From contig CAJJCP010000028.1 in NCBI GenBank assembly GCA_905182715.1, positions 12,592-76,591 on the forward strand: 64,000 bases of DNA, given 5' to 3'. Positions 47,086 through 57,323 of this stretch are shown here, one piece after another. The notes under the pieces were generated by a model. It saw only the letters and a list, made by a program, of their open reading frames with translations. It was not told the DNA's origin and did not search any database. The stretch comes from an uncultured Candidatus Poseidoniales archaeon (GTDB lineage: Archaea > Thermoplasmatota > Poseidoniia > Poseidoniales > Poseidoniaceae). Both the position numbers and the translations under genes were made by a program. The first letter of the stretch is position 1. Each line of letters begins with the position of its first letter.

Positions 47086-49191
47086 TCACACTTCTTCAAT
47101 GGTGTGGACTTTTGAAAAGAAGCGACGAGCAAAGCTCGCGGTCGTTTGTGGGTCATTGGTGGAATTCATTCTCAAATCGCTTGGATAACAACTGATGTAG
47201 TTTCGGTCGGTATGTCGCTGATCGAGAAGGAGAATCAATGCTCGGTCACCAACCGAACGTATTGGGCGCCCCATTGCTTGTAAAATCGCATTAATTGCAG
47301 GTTGTGTTACGGTATAACGCCAAGCGTTATTTTTCCCAAACCGGTCTCCCGCATAGGCTTTGAGTGAATCTGAGAGGACGGACGGAGGTGGATTCGGAAT
47401 CCCTATACAAGCTACAGCGTCTAAGATGCCTCCATTGTAGTCGATTCCCTCTGACAGCCGTGCTCCATGAACCCCACACAGCAAGATACGTTGACCAGAT
47501 TCTTTCTCGCTACGGAGCGTTTCAACAATTGAATCTATGTCGTTTTTTGTCCAGTCTCTACTTTCCACAACTTTTCGAATACCTTTGAAGTTGGTTTCGG
47601 AAAGGATCTCTTCCATCATTCGGTATGAAGGTGAAAAAACCGCAATATGTCCGGGGGTTCCATCGATGAGTGCTTGGATATGGTTTCGAATCTTTGCCCA
47701 CATCATCGGTGTTCGCTGACTGTACTTGGTGGTGACATCACCTGCAACTAAAACGGGTCGGCGTTCTCCAGCAAATGGGGATGTATACGCTGTTTTGGTA
47801 GTTTTTCCAGCAGGGAGGTCAAGCATATCCGCATACATTTGAGGGGGATACAATGTTCCCGACATCAATATGGCTCCATGTATGGATGAAAATACAGGGC
47901 CAGACACAAGTCCGGGGTCCAAGAGATGTGAAGTGATTGTCCCATCCTTGCCTTTTTTTGAACTGAATACCAGGCTCAAGGCGGTTGTTTCTCCAAATGT
48001 CTCGATGCATTTTAGAATATGTCCCATTCGATGAGAATCCGGTTCCATTGCATCTTCATCATCTCCTGCTTCCAAATCAATTTCAACTCGGAGGAGAAGG
48101 TCGGAAAGACGGGGTAACCTATGACTTCGTTCTACAGACAAGTCTGCCAAGTCCGGATTGTCAGTCAATGTCTTTTGACCAGTCAATCCTTCATATTCGT
48201 CGCATGAACGGTGAAGAATCTCTAAGAATCTGGACACCTCAACACGTGATTCATTGGAGTCATTCGGTAGATCCGAGTGGAGTTGCCGGAACAAATCAGC
48301 AATTTTTGTTCGAGCAATTTTCATAATTTCAAATGCCCATGTGGCTACATCGAGTTCCAATGCACTTGATACTGAATTCGATTTGAGGTAATGTGCAGTG
48401 AGTGTACCCACATATTCTTCCAATTCCATCGTTGCGTTTCGAGACATGAGGGGCGTGATGATTTTCTCCATCGTCATTCGAATCCTATTTGGTAGGTTGT
48501 GCGCTTCATCGACAACAACAATAATGTCTTCAAGAGCGACTCCCATGGCTTCTAAACTTGATTTGCGAACACCTTCATCAAAGATGTGATTGTAATCTCC
48601 TACGAATATATCCGCATGGCCTGCTGCTTCTCTCGCAGCCTTCCAAGGGCAGGTTTGGGTAATTTCTCCTCCAACTCGGTGAATTTTAGTTAAATCGACT
48701 AATTCATCAACGTGGAGTGGACTGTCAAGAATTCTCTTTGTTAATCCCGGAGCACTGGTAATCCACGGGCGGCACGATTTTGTCTTTCGAGCAGTACTGC
48801 ACATCATGGAGAAAACAAGTGAGGATTCCTTTGCAAAGGGCTGAACACACATTCCCGATTGACCAATCATATCGACCAATGTGATTGGGTCTTTGCCAAC
48901 ACGAATTTGATTTATTCTGCGAACCGTGTCAACAACGATTCGATGTTGGCTCTGGCGAGATGTAAGGAAGAATACATGTTTCTTGTTTGGAGAATTCTGG
49001 GTGATCTCAAGAGCAGCCGCTAATGCAGCAGCCGTCTTTCCGATACCAGTCGGTGCAGCCGCTAAATGATAACCGCCGCTTCGAAGAGCTTCTGTAGACT
49101 CTTGAATCATCTCGATTTGACCGGGGCGGGGCTTTTCATGAGCCAAATAGGAAAACACATGTTCCTTTCCTTGACTCCCCTCCACTGTCAT
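47086..49191 (-). CDS. XPD/Rad3-family ATP-dependent DNA helicase (DinG-like)
   Basis: FSYLAHEKPRPGQIEMI...AAPTGIGKTAAAL (motif I), a 4-Cys FeS-domain region (C...C..C...C), DEAH-like VVVDEAHNL, and C-terminal helicase motifs V/VI. Confidence 0.8.
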   Translation of the reverse strand: MTVEGSQGKEHVFSYLAHEKPRPGQIEMIQESTEALRSGGYHLAAAPTGIGKTAAALAAALEITQNSPNKKHVFFLTSRQSQHRIVVDTVRRINQIRVGKDPITLVDMIGQSGMCVQPFAKESSLVFSMMCSTARKTKSCRPWITSAPGLTKRILDSPLHVDELVDLTKIHRVGGEITQTCPWKAAREAAGHADIFVGDYNHIFDEGVRKSSLEAMGVALEDIIVVVDEAHNLPNRIRMTMEKIITPLMSRNATMELEEYVGTLTAHYLKSNSVSSALELDVATWAFEIMKIARTKIADLFRQLHSDLPNDSNESRVEVSRFLEILHRSCDEYEGLTGQKTLTDNPDLADLSVERSHRLPRLSDLLLRVEIDLEAGDDEDAMEPDSHRMGHILKCIETFGETTALSLVFSSKKGKDGTITSHLLDPGLVSGPVFSSIHGAILMSGTLYPPQMYADMLDLPAGKTTKTAYTSPFAGERRPVLVAGDVTTKYSQRTPMMWAKIRNHIQALIDGTPGHIAVFSPSYRMMEEILSETNFKGIRKVVESRDWTKNDIDSIVETLRSEKESGQRILLCGVHGARLSEGIDYNGGILDAVACIGIPNPPPSVLSDSLKAYAGDRFGKNNAWRYTVTQPAINAILQAMGRPIRSVGDRALILLLDQRHTDRNYISCYPSDLRMNSTNDPQTTASFARRFFSKVHTIEEV

Positions 49192-49533
49192 AATGATGGT
49201 TCAGCGTCGACCCCTCTAAAGGATTGGGGGGAATTAAGTTTGCAGCGGTAGCACTGTTGTGAATAATTGTGCCCAGGTATGTGGGGGTCCTGAGCACGTG
49301 GGAACCATCCAACTTAGGAAGCTGGATTGGAATTGGAGTCCCCCCGCCCGTCTTTCGAGGGGAGGTCTGTTGGGTTTTGTTCTAGTCCAGCGCGTGCAAG
49401 ACGGGCACGCAGACGCAAAGCGGCAAATCCGTACGGACTGGACAAGTCCCGTTCGGCGTTGAAGGTGGCATCGCGAGTCTCGCTAACATCGTTTTGCCAA
49501 TTCATTTTCCATCCCCTCCTGCACTCTCACCCA

Positions 49534-49764
49534 CTATTCGTGGTATTCTTCGCGTCGTATCGTCGAACTCTTGGCTTGAACCAAGAGGTCATCGAGTTGT
49601 TGTGTTAATTCAGAACGAGACTTGATAGCCTGTTCTATGTAGAGTGAAAGCCCTTCTTGGGCAGCTGTTTCTGGTGTTGTGCCTTGGAGTTCGTAGAGTT
49701 GACCAAGAAGCATCTTGTCGCCATGTCCGAGAGGGATCCGGACCGAGTCCATCCCGGTGAGCAT
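49534..49764 (-). CDS. Small hypothetical protein, possibly ribbon-helix-helix-like (weak call)
   Basis: 76-aa ORF with SVRIPLGHGDKMLLGQLYELQ...TPETAAQEGLSLYIEQ. This beta-strand plus two helices pattern is only suggestive. Confidence 0.2.
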   Translation of the reverse strand: MLTGMDSVRIPLGHGDKMLLGQLYELQGTTPETAAQEGLSLYIEQAIKSRSELTQQLDDLLVQAKSSTIRREEYHE

Positions 49765-50159
49765 GGGTTGACCCTTGAGGATATTGTTGGATGGCTGCTC
49801 GGATTACATCCGAGCGGTTTCGGGCACCTTCAAGTCCAACGCGTGCATCGAGTCGATGCAAGTTCTTCCTCAGTAATTCTGAGTGAAACAAGGTTGCTTG
49901 GGGTTGTCATTTTGAGTCCTCCGTATCCATTGGGTAGGTGAGAGGGTATATCAAGGTAGCGCGAATGATGACATTTTGACTTACAGACTGATTACAATTG
50001 CCTTTGCAGTTCAGTGCCGCGTCTGATTCGTTTTGGGCGTGAACACTACCGTTCTCCCAGGTATTGGTCTCGATTTTCTGTATACGGTGGTGGGATTGTG
50101 GTCGCTTCGCCTTGAGTTGGAAGTAGAACCTTCTAATACGGGAAACTTTAGCAGACTTC

Positions 50160-50606
50160 ATGGCTCTTGAACCATCCCGAGGACTCTATCTTTACCTGCG
50201 AACGCTCACCAGTGCCATGGACGATTCGATCATCACTGATGATGAAGCAAGCATTTTGCATGTTCTTGCTCTTGCACTTGGCGTTCATCCAAGTGATACT
50301 GCTTTTTGCCTTGCAGTTGTCCGCGGAGAAGAAACCAATCCCTTCGACGGAACTGAATTTGATTACTCTGGACACCATACTGGGGATGTGACCATTTACC
50401 AATCAGCTCTTATTGCAGCTTTGGATGATGAAGTCATCTCAGAAGATGAATGGTCTATGCTCACAACACTTCGAAACTTTATCGGTATTCAAGAAGATCA
50501 GCACACTATGATTGAAGAAGCAATTCAAGCCATGGCAGATATTGATTCCAATGGTGTTCGCCGACTTGAACGATTAAAGCGATTCAATACAGTGTGTCCA
50601 TATTGA
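50160..50606 (+). CDS. TerB-like domain protein (putative)
   Basis: Two internal repeats, DDSIITDDEASILHVLALALGV and DDEVISEDEWSMLTTLRNFIGI, resemble the acidic helical repeats of the TerB (tellurite-resistance) domain. Confidence 0.4.
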   Translation: MALEPSRGLYLYLRTLTSAMDDSIITDDEASILHVLALALGVHPSDTAFCLAVVRGEETNPFDGTEFDYSGHHTGDVTIYQSALIAALDDEVISEDEWSMLTTLRNFIGIQEDQHTMIEEAIQAMADIDSNGVRRLERLKRFNTVCPY

Positions 50607-50703
50607 ATTGCAAATATAATTCTTGTCTCAAACCAGTGCTATGAAGAGTACTTTCCATGGTAATACTTAGAAAGGGTCTTTCTTTGGCACGGCTAACACA
50701 TAC

Positions 50704-52074
50704 GTGAATGGTGCTATTATGAGTGTAACAAAAGAAATCTATGAGTCAGTGGTCGCCCGAGATCCGAACCAACCTGAATTCCATCAGGCTGTTTGGGAAG
50801 TTTTAGAATCATTGGAACCAGTTATCGAAGCTCATCCGGAATACCGTTCAATCGTTGAACGAGTTGTTGAACCTGAGCGCCTTATTCATTTCAGAGTCCC
50901 TTGGGTTGATGATGCAGGAGTTGTCCAAGTAAACCGAGGATACCGTATTCAATTCAATGGTGCTATTGGACCTTACAAAGGTGGACTTCGTTTTCACCCA
51001 ACCGTCAATGCTTCAATCTTGAAGTTCCTCGCCTTTGAGCAAATTTTCAAGAATTCTTTGACAGGTCTTCCAATGGGTGGCGGAAAAGGTGGCGCAGATT
51101 TCAATCCAAAGGGGAAGTCGGATGGAGAAGTCATGCGCTTCTGCCAATCGTTCATGATGGAACTTTGGCGACACATCGGACATAACTGTGACGTTCCTGC
51201 CGGCGATATCGGCGTTGGTGGACGTGAAATCGGTTACATGTTTGGAATGTATAAGAAACTCCGAAATGAATTCCAAGCAGGCGTCTTAACTGGAAAAGGT
51301 CGCTCATATGGCGGTTCATTGATTCGCCCAGAAGCAACTGGATACGGTTTAGTCTACTTTGCTCGTGAAATGCTTGCCACGAAAGGCAAGTCATTCGAAG
51401 GTGCTACAGTCTCTCTTTCAGGTTCAGGCAATGTTGCTCAATTCGCCTGTGAAAAAGTTCTCGACCTTGGTGGAATACCATTGACCATGTCTGATTCAAG
51501 TGGATTCATTCATGATTCAGAAGGAATTGACCGAGAGAAGTTGGCTTGGATCATGGATCTGAAGAACAACCGTCGTGGACGAATTTCTGAATATACTTCT
51601 AAATTTACCAGTGCTACATTTACCGCATCTGCACCAGAACCATCTTCAAATGCTCTTTGGGGCGTCAATGTGGATGTTGCACTTCCATGTGCAACTCAGA
51701 ACGAAGTAAACGGTGCAGAAGCACAAATGCTTGTTGATAACAATGTGATTGCTGTGGCAGAAGGTGCCAACATGCCGTGCACACCTGAAGCAGTTGAGGT
51801 GTTCCAAAAGAGCGGTGTTATGTTTGCTCCAGGCAAAGCAAGTAATGCCGGTGGCGTTGCTACCTCTGGTCTTGAAATGTCACAAAACTCACTTCGATAT
51901 GGCTGGACTCGTGAAGAAGTCGATGCAAAACTCGACAACATTATGGTCAATATTCACAAGAACGCTGCTGAAACAGCCGAAAAGTATGGCCGCCCTGGCG
52001 ACTATGTTTTTGGAGCGAACGTTGCAGGTTTCTTGAAAATCGCTGAAGCTATGATGGCTCATGGTGTCGTTTGA
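50704..52074 (+). CDS. gdhA: Glutamate dehydrogenase. The start is probably the ATG at 50719.
   Basis: GLPMGGGKGGADFNPKGKSDGEVMRF (catalytic Lys region) and GSGNVAQFA (Rossmann fold). Confidence 0.9.
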   Translation: MNGAIMSVTKEIYESVVARDPNQPEFHQAVWEVLESLEPVIEAHPEYRSIVERVVEPERLIHFRVPWVDDAGVVQVNRGYRIQFNGAIGPYKGGLRFHPTVNASILKFLAFEQIFKNSLTGLPMGGGKGGADFNPKGKSDGEVMRFCQSFMMELWRHIGHNCDVPAGDIGVGGREIGYMFGMYKKLRNEFQAGVLTGKGRSYGGSLIRPEATGYGLVYFAREMLATKGKSFEGATVSLSGSGNVAQFACEKVLDLGGIPLTMSDSSGFIHDSEGIDREKLAWIMDLKNNRRGRISEYTSKFTSATFTASAPEPSSNALWGVNVDVALPCATQNEVNGAEAQMLVDNNVIAVAEGANMPCTPEAVEVFQKSGVMFAPGKASNAGGVATSGLEMSQNSLRYGWTREEVDAKLDNIMVNIHKNAAETAEKYGRPGDYVFGANVAGFLKIAEAMMAHGVV

Positions 52075-52086
52075 GAAGGTGATGAG

Positions 52087-52308
52087 ATGGTTCTTCTCGT
52101 AACGAACCAAAGCGGTAAGGAACGAAAAGTACGTGCCATCGTTGGTATTGTTCTCATTATTCTCGCAGTGAGTCTAAACCTTGCTTCCATGATCACAGTT
52201 GGACTTTTGGCTGCTGCAGGTGCTCTTTTGTTCAATGCCATTTCTGGTAATTGCTTCATTTATCGAGTGCTGGGCTACAGTACATGCCCAATTTCTGATT
52301 CATACTAA
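52087..52308 (+). CDS. DUF2892-family small membrane protein (YgaP C-terminal-like)
   Basis: AIVGIVLIILAVSLNL...VGLLAAAGALLFNAISGNCFIYRVLGYSTCP follows the DUF2892 pattern, including the terminal CP. Confidence 0.5.
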   Translation: MVLLVTNQSGKERKVRAIVGIVLIILAVSLNLASMITVGLLAAAGALLFNAISGNCFIYRVLGYSTCPISDSY

Positions 52309-52766
52309 TCAAGTTCTTTTGGACGTAGTATGTGCTGGCAATGCCATTGCCCATTCTGTTCAATAAGAAGGGCGCATGCAGCAGCCGGCATTCGATGGAA
52401 CTGCTTTGTGATTTCATACAAGACCAATTCCGTTGCAGGGTTGTGGCTGAGAACCAATACAGTTTCACCTTTTTTTGCAGATTCAATACAAGCATGAATC
52501 GTTGCAGTGGTCGGATGATAGAGTTCTTCCATCGTTTGTACAGGAAGTTCTCCAAATTCAGTTTGTAGTAACGCTAGAGTTTCGAGTGTACGTTGTGAAT
52601 CACTGACGAACACTCGGTCGGGAATCCAATCCATCTCCTTCAAAGCCGCAGCGATTCGAGGTGCATCGCTTCTCCCCCTTTTGTTGAGGGGCCTTTGATG
52701 GTCAGTCAGTGCTTTATTCTTCCAACTGCTTTTGGCATGACGCATGATGAGAACTCTGCGAGACAT
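52305..52766 (-). CDS. sixA: Histidine phosphatase SixA-like protein (phosphohistidine phosphatase family)
   Basis: VLIMRHAKSSW...DHQRPLNKRGRSDA...LVLSHNP is the RHG phosphatase motif. The gene sits directly downstream of the giant TSP3 protein gene; the ORF could extend to 52814. Confidence 0.65.
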   Translation of the reverse strand: MSRRVLIMRHAKSSWKNKALTDHQRPLNKRGRSDAPRIAAALKEMDWIPDRVFVSDSQRTLETLALLQTEFGELPVQTMEELYHPTTATIHACIESAKKGETVLVLSHNPATELVLYEITKQFHRMPAAACALLIEQNGQWHCQHILRPKELD

Positions 52767-52814
52767 AACCATGCTTCCTTGGTAAATGGGGTCAATGACT
52801 TTTTTGCACTTCAT

Positions 52815-55800
52815 TTAACCTTGGTATGGAATCCAAGATTCAGATGCAGAATCGTAATACGATAAACTTCCATCAGCAGCTTTTGACCAATTGACGCCAT
52901 TTTCTTCCCATTGTTGAGATTCTTGTTCAATGGCCGGGAGTTCCTTTGTTGTTTCGTATACCATGTTAGAATCAGTTGCCGAATCGGTATAATTCTGCGC
53001 TGCAAATGGTGAATCATCAACAACTGTTTCCTGACCCTTTCGAACAACGAGTAATGCGCCAAGACCACAGAGTGCTAAGAGTGCGAGAATTGCGTAAACA
53101 AGGCCGCCTCCACTGGACTCTGCTTCTTGTTCTGTGCGCGCAGCATCTTCAGGATAGTAATCATAGGTATCTGATACTCCATCTCCATCCGTATCTGTTG
53201 TCTCATTACGGTCCAATGGGAAATCATCTTCAGCATCATTGATGCCGTCTTGGTCAGTATCCATTTGAGTCAAAGCACATCCATCTTCGAACACAATAGA
53301 ACTCGTTGGAGATAATGGGCAATCATCGTCAATATTTTTGACTCCATCTTCATCATCGTCTTTTTGATGTTCTGAGCAACCATCGAGATCGACTCCGTGA
53401 GATTCATCAGTGTCTGGGCACAAATCTTTGTGATTGTTAATGGTGTCATTATCCTCATCAATTTGAGAATCAGCGCAACCTTCAGGATTGACTTGCTCTC
53501 CTGCAGGTGTTGCTGGGCATGTGTCGATGGTATCGTCAATCATGTCGTTATCTGCGTCTTTTTGATTGTCAGCACATCCTGAAGCATCGGTAATGAGGCC
53601 AATTTCGGTATCTGGGCAGTCATCAACATCGTTCATGATGGCATCATCGTCATCATCTCGCTGTGCATCAGAACAACCATTGGAATCCGCTTCATCTTCG
53701 TTCCCAGTCATTGGGCAAAAGTCGTCCATGTCATTGACGCCATCTTCATCTGTATCACGTTCAGCAGATGAACAGCCAACGCCATTGACGAGGGTTGATG
53801 GTGATGTAGTTGGACATTCATCCAGTTGGTCATTGATTCCATCTTCATCGGTGTCACGTTGCATATCTGCACATCCAGCACTGTCAACAGCAGAGCCGAG
53901 TGGCGTCATTGGACAAGCATCGAATGCATCCATGATTCCATCATTATCGCCGTCTTCTTGAGAGCCTGAACATCCAGTAGCGTCGACGTTCTCACCTGCG
54001 GGTGTTGATGGGCAAGCATCGATATCATTGGTGACTCCATCGAGATCATCGTCCTTCTGTTGTTCTGAACATCCCATTGAATCAACGGATTGACCTGCGG
54101 GTGTGTTCAAACAATGGTCAGGAGTATCGCCGTTTGGATTATCACCATAGCTGTCTCCATCTGCATCAAACCATTGTGTTGGTTCAGTAGGGAATCGGTC
54201 AGCCATGTTTCCATTTTGGTTATCTCCGTATCCATCACCATCTGCATCTTCCCATTGAGTGCCGTCCATTGGGAAAGCATCTGGGTCGGTGCCTGCTTGG
54301 TTGTCTCCGTATCCATCACCATCAGTATCTTCCCATTGAGTTGCGTCATTCGGGAATGCATCGCCGTTGTTTCCGGTTGGGTTATCGCCATAGCCATCAC
54401 CATCGGTGTCGGTCCATTGGGTTGAATCAGTAGGGAATTCGTCAGGAGTGGTTCCAGTTGGATTGTCTCCATATCCGTCACCATCCTGGTCAGCCCATTG
54501 AGATGAATCGGTAGGGAAAGCATCACCGTTGTTTCCAGTTGGGTTATCTCCGTATCCATCACCGTCTTGGTCTGCCCATTGGGTTGAATCAGTCGGATAC
54601 TCATCAGCATAATTGCCGGCGGCGTTATCTCCGTAGCCATCTCCATCTTGGTCAGCCCATTGGGTTGAATCGTACGGGAATGCATCAGAGGCATTGCCGG
54701 ATGGGTTGTCTCCGTAGCCGTCCCCATCTTGGTCATCCCATTGGGAACTGTCGAGCGGGAAAGCATCGGGTGAATTGCCATTTGGGTCATCGCCATAGCC
54801 GTCTCCATCCATGTCTGAATATTGGCTGCTGTCGTAAGGGAAATCATCAACCATGTCGTTGTACCCATCACCGTCGGAATCTTTCTGAGAAAGTTCACAA
54901 CCATACATGTCGACTGATGCACCAGCAGTTGTGTTGGCACATAGGTCATATTCATTGGCAACTCCATCATTATCATCATCAATGGTCAGTGAGAAGCAAT
55001 CACTGTCGCCAATTAATTGAACACTTATACTCGAGTAGAGATTGACGACTGCGCAGTAAATACCACTCATGTTTGGAGTCGTATAGGTGAATGTTGGCAT
55101 GCTCATGTTTTGTGCTGTTGCAGTAAAGGTACTGAGGGTCGAAGTAGCCAGTGATGCACCTGAACTATCAGTGACTAATATTTGGTATTTGTAATCGTCT
55201 CCTGTAACAAGGTCGCTGCCTTTGACCATGACATCATTGGTGGCTGAAGTTGAACTTGTTGAATATGAATCAATCAACATGGTCGGCAATTGTGGAATGA
55301 ACTCATCATCATGAACGCCAATAAACCCTTCATTGGAAGTCAGATTAACTTGAGTGTTATTGTATGAAAGGAAAGTAACAAACCCGTGATCATTCATGGT
55401 TGTTGGTCCATTCCATGTGATTTGCCACGATTCTGAGGTGGCCGTATCGGTCGTAAACGTGACGTTCATTTGGTCAATCATTGAGGCTGTGAGTGCCATG
55501 TCGACATCCATCGAAGTCGTGTAATTGTTATCAAATTCGACCATATCATAGACAAGCCACCATACTGTATAATCGGTGTATGTACTGAGGTTTGTTGCAT
55601 ATATTTCACCTGTTGTTGAAGAGGTTACGTAAGCTTCGAGCATTTCGATGTAGATGCAATCTCCATCTTCATCGAGCATTGCTCCAGTAGCGTCTTTCAA
55701 CACTGATACAGAACAGTATTCAGATTCTTGCATTACAGGGCTTGCCGATGTTGCATTGGCCATCATGGTCGTTGCTGTAGCACTGAAGTTACCATTGCTC

Positions 55801-57011
55801 GGCATGGACCAACTTTCAGTGTCATTCAAGAAAAACTGAACATTTGAATGGTTGTAGAGGTATGTATCTCCAATGGTTAATCCCGTGAATTCAAGCATTG
55901 AATCGGTTGTTCCATTCATGGTCACAGTGACGGACTGGAAACTTTGCCCTCCGCCTGGTAAATTTGTAGTTAATGAGATGTCATAATTATTCGTAAGAAC
56001 ACCTCCCCCAAATGATGCGTAATGATATACTTTGAAGTATGCTGTGAAATTTGATAGGGCTGTATATGCTGCTGCTTCATTATCTGAAGAAGAAGACATT
56101 GAAACAAAACTATTGAAAGAAAGTAAACTACCAGTAGCATCTTCTAAAGTTGCATCAATATCGCCACCTGCGTGCAAGAATGTTAAATTGAAGTAGTATG
56201 TGACCCCACTCATCATTTGAATTTCGTAGTAATCATCATTGGCAACTCCAGCAGAATTTATTTCGACACTTAATCCAGTACAAGCAACCGGCAATATGGA
56301 GGCTAAAGTTGCAGTAGCAGGTGTATCATTGGGTTCTAAGATATCCGGGGCATTACCGTTTCCAGTACATGGGCTTGGTATTGCGCTCCCATTACCACCC
56401 GTTCCGTTGCCACCGGTTCCGTTGCCAGTCGAGGTGCTGAATGTCCAGATGTCAAGGGTATAGAATCCATACCCGTCATAACGGTATATTTGTACATAAA
56501 CAGTCCCTCCATGTGGAGTTGCAGAATTATTTGTGCTTACTGATTCGGGGTTAAACATATATGATTCATCGATAAAAGTTCCATTCGCATCATAGATTGC
56601 AAGATCAAAATCGTTTGTATATGTGGAACCGTTTGCAGAAGTATATGTTGTGTTAAAGGAAAGTTGCAGCGCTAATCCTTCATTGGCTGCAAGGTTGACT
56701 GCGACCCAATCTTCATCATCATTGACATCGAGTTCGCCGAAGTCCGAAAAATACACAGGTGCAAACCCTGAAAGGTTTGCAGCAAAGGATGAATTGACTC
56801 CTGACATGTTGTCTGGTAAATCCATGGATAATCCAAAATCGTTTTGATTTGCACCGACTGCAGATACGCTTGGTGCAGTCAATGTCAGCGTCGTTATGAC
56901 AAGCATCAAGGCCAAGAGAATGGAACTCGATTTGTTAGGATTCGTAGAACTCAAGGAAGAGGACATAAACTTGGGACTGAGTGATAGTTTAAGAGACTCT
57001 CTACTCGGCAT
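52815..57011 (-). CDS. Giant cell-surface protein (1398 aa) with a signal peptide, about 10 tandem 33-aa Ca-binding repeats, Cys-containing bacterial TSP3/OmpA-type repeats, a C-terminal TM anchor and a cytoplasmic tail
   Basis: N-terminal ILLALMLVITTLTLTAPSVSA. Repeats FP.DSTQW.DQDGDGYGDNP.GN..DA occur about 10 times. Units of the form D-DGDGV-D--D-CP-TP-G--VD--GC (for example DLDGVTNDIDACPSTPAGENVDATGCS) repeat about 8 times. TM helix LVYAILALLALCGLGALLVV. Confidence 0.8.
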   Translation of the reverse strand: MPSRESLKLSLSPKFMSSSLSSTNPNKSSSILLALMLVITTLTLTAPSVSAVGANQNDFGLSMDLPDNMSGVNSSFAANLSGFAPVYFSDFGELDVNDDEDWVAVNLAANEGLALQLSFNTTYTSANGSTYTNDFDLAIYDANGTFIDESYMFNPESVSTNNSATPHGGTVYVQIYRYDGYGFYTLDIWTFSTSTGNGTGGNGTGGNGSAIPSPCTGNGNAPDILEPNDTPATATLASILPVACTGLSVEINSAGVANDDYYEIQMMSGVTYYFNLTFLHAGGDIDATLEDATGSLLSFNSFVSMSSSSDNEAAAYTALSNFTAYFKVYHYASFGGGVLTNNYDISLTTNLPGGGQSFQSVTVTMNGTTDSMLEFTGLTIGDTYLYNHSNVQFFLNDTESWSMPSNGNFSATATTMMANATSASPVMQESEYCSVSVLKDATGAMLDEDGDCIYIEMLEAYVTSSTTGEIYATNLSTYTDYTVWWLVYDMVEFDNNYTTSMDVDMALTASMIDQMNVTFTTDTATSESWQITWNGPTTMNDHGFVTFLSYNNTQVNLTSNEGFIGVHDDEFIPQLPTMLIDSYSTSSTSATNDVMVKGSDLVTGDDYKYQILVTDSSGASLATSTLSTFTATAQNMSMPTFTYTTPNMSGIYCAVVNLYSSISVQLIGDSDCFSLTIDDDNDGVANEYDLCANTTAGASVDMYGCELSQKDSDGDGYNDMVDDFPYDSSQYSDMDGDGYGDDPNGNSPDAFPLDSSQWDDQDGDGYGDNPSGNASDAFPYDSTQWADQDGDGYGDNAAGNYADEYPTDSTQWADQDGDGYGDNPTGNNGDAFPTDSSQWADQDGDGYGDNPTGTTPDEFPTDSTQWTDTDGDGYGDNPTGNNGDAFPNDATQWEDTDGDGYGDNQAGTDPDAFPMDGTQWEDADGDGYGDNQNGNMADRFPTEPTQWFDADGDSYGDNPNGDTPDHCLNTPAGQSVDSMGCSEQQKDDDLDGVTNDIDACPSTPAGENVDATGCSGSQEDGDNDGIMDAFDACPMTPLGSAVDSAGCADMQRDTDEDGINDQLDECPTTSPSTLVNGVGCSSAERDTDEDGVNDMDDFCPMTGNEDEADSNGCSDAQRDDDDDAIMNDVDDCPDTEIGLITDASGCADNQKDADNDMIDDTIDTCPATPAGEQVNPEGCADSQIDEDNDTINNHKDLCPDTDESHGVDLDGCSEHQKDDDEDGVKNIDDDCPLSPTSSIVFEDGCALTQMDTDQDGINDAEDDFPLDRNETTDTDGDGVSDTYDYYPEDAARTEQEAESSGGGLVYAILALLALCGLGALLVVRKGQETVVDDSPFAAQNYTDSATDSNMVYETTKELPAIEQESQQWEENGVNWSKAADGSLSYYDSASESWIPYQG
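54121..54890 (-). repeat. Tandem coding repeats of roughly 99 bp (about 8-10 units) inside the giant TSP3 protein gene
   Basis: DNA-level periodicity of units such as GTTATCTCCGTATCCATCACCATC...CCCATTGAGT...GGGAA. Sibling-frame ORFs (54107..54982 minus, 54090..54425 plus, 54539..55045 plus) are artefacts of this repeat. Confidence 0.7.
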
Positions 57012-57250
57012 TAAATTGCTGTTGGAGCAACATGGCCCTCTTTTTTGTCTTCTGGTTTACGAACCCGTGACCAAACTCCGCCCATTAATTCATCATGGTG
57101 ATTGCCACAGTAATGGAATCGGCGGTATGCCTCTCGAAATGAGTAGGCTTTTTTTCCAGTTGCTACAAGGAAACCTTCTGGTGAGAGGCGGGATACGATG
57201 GTTCCTTCTTCCCCACAACCAAGGAAATCGCATACTGCTGAGCCGCCCAT
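57011..57250 (-). CDS. Small Cys/His-rich hypothetical protein (putative zinc-binding)
   Basis: 79 aa containing CDFLGCGEEG...HYCGNHHD. Its stop overlaps the giant gene's start codon by 1 nt, suggesting translational coupling. Confidence 0.3.
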   Translation of the reverse strand: MGGSAVCDFLGCGEEGTIVSRLSPEGFLVATGKKAYSFREAYRRFHYCGNHHDELMGGVWSRVRKPEDKKEGHVAPTAI

Positions 57251-57323
57251 GAGAGTGTTAGAGGCTTACAGGTCTTTAATGGTCGTATCGAACCCTAGAA
57301 TTTCACATGAGTTCATGCGAAAA

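Noticed and set aside
49259-49941. Several 60-95-aa ORFs in the XPD upstream region
   Set aside because: They overlap on both strands in a GC-rich non-coding stretch, with Arg/Pro-rich translations. Only the 49534..49764 ORF was kept, as a low-confidence call.
54121-54890. Possible CRISPR array, considered because of the regular direct repeats
   Set aside because: The repeats are 99 bp, in-frame coding units with diverged spacing, not 25-40-bp repeats alternating with unique spacers. No cas genes are present.
54107-54982. 291-aa ORF (same strand, other frame) plus two plus-strand ORFs inside the 99-bp tandem repeat region
   Set aside because: Generated by the tandem repeat periodicity. The frame encoding DGDGYGDN repeats is continuous over 1398 aa and is clearly the real one.
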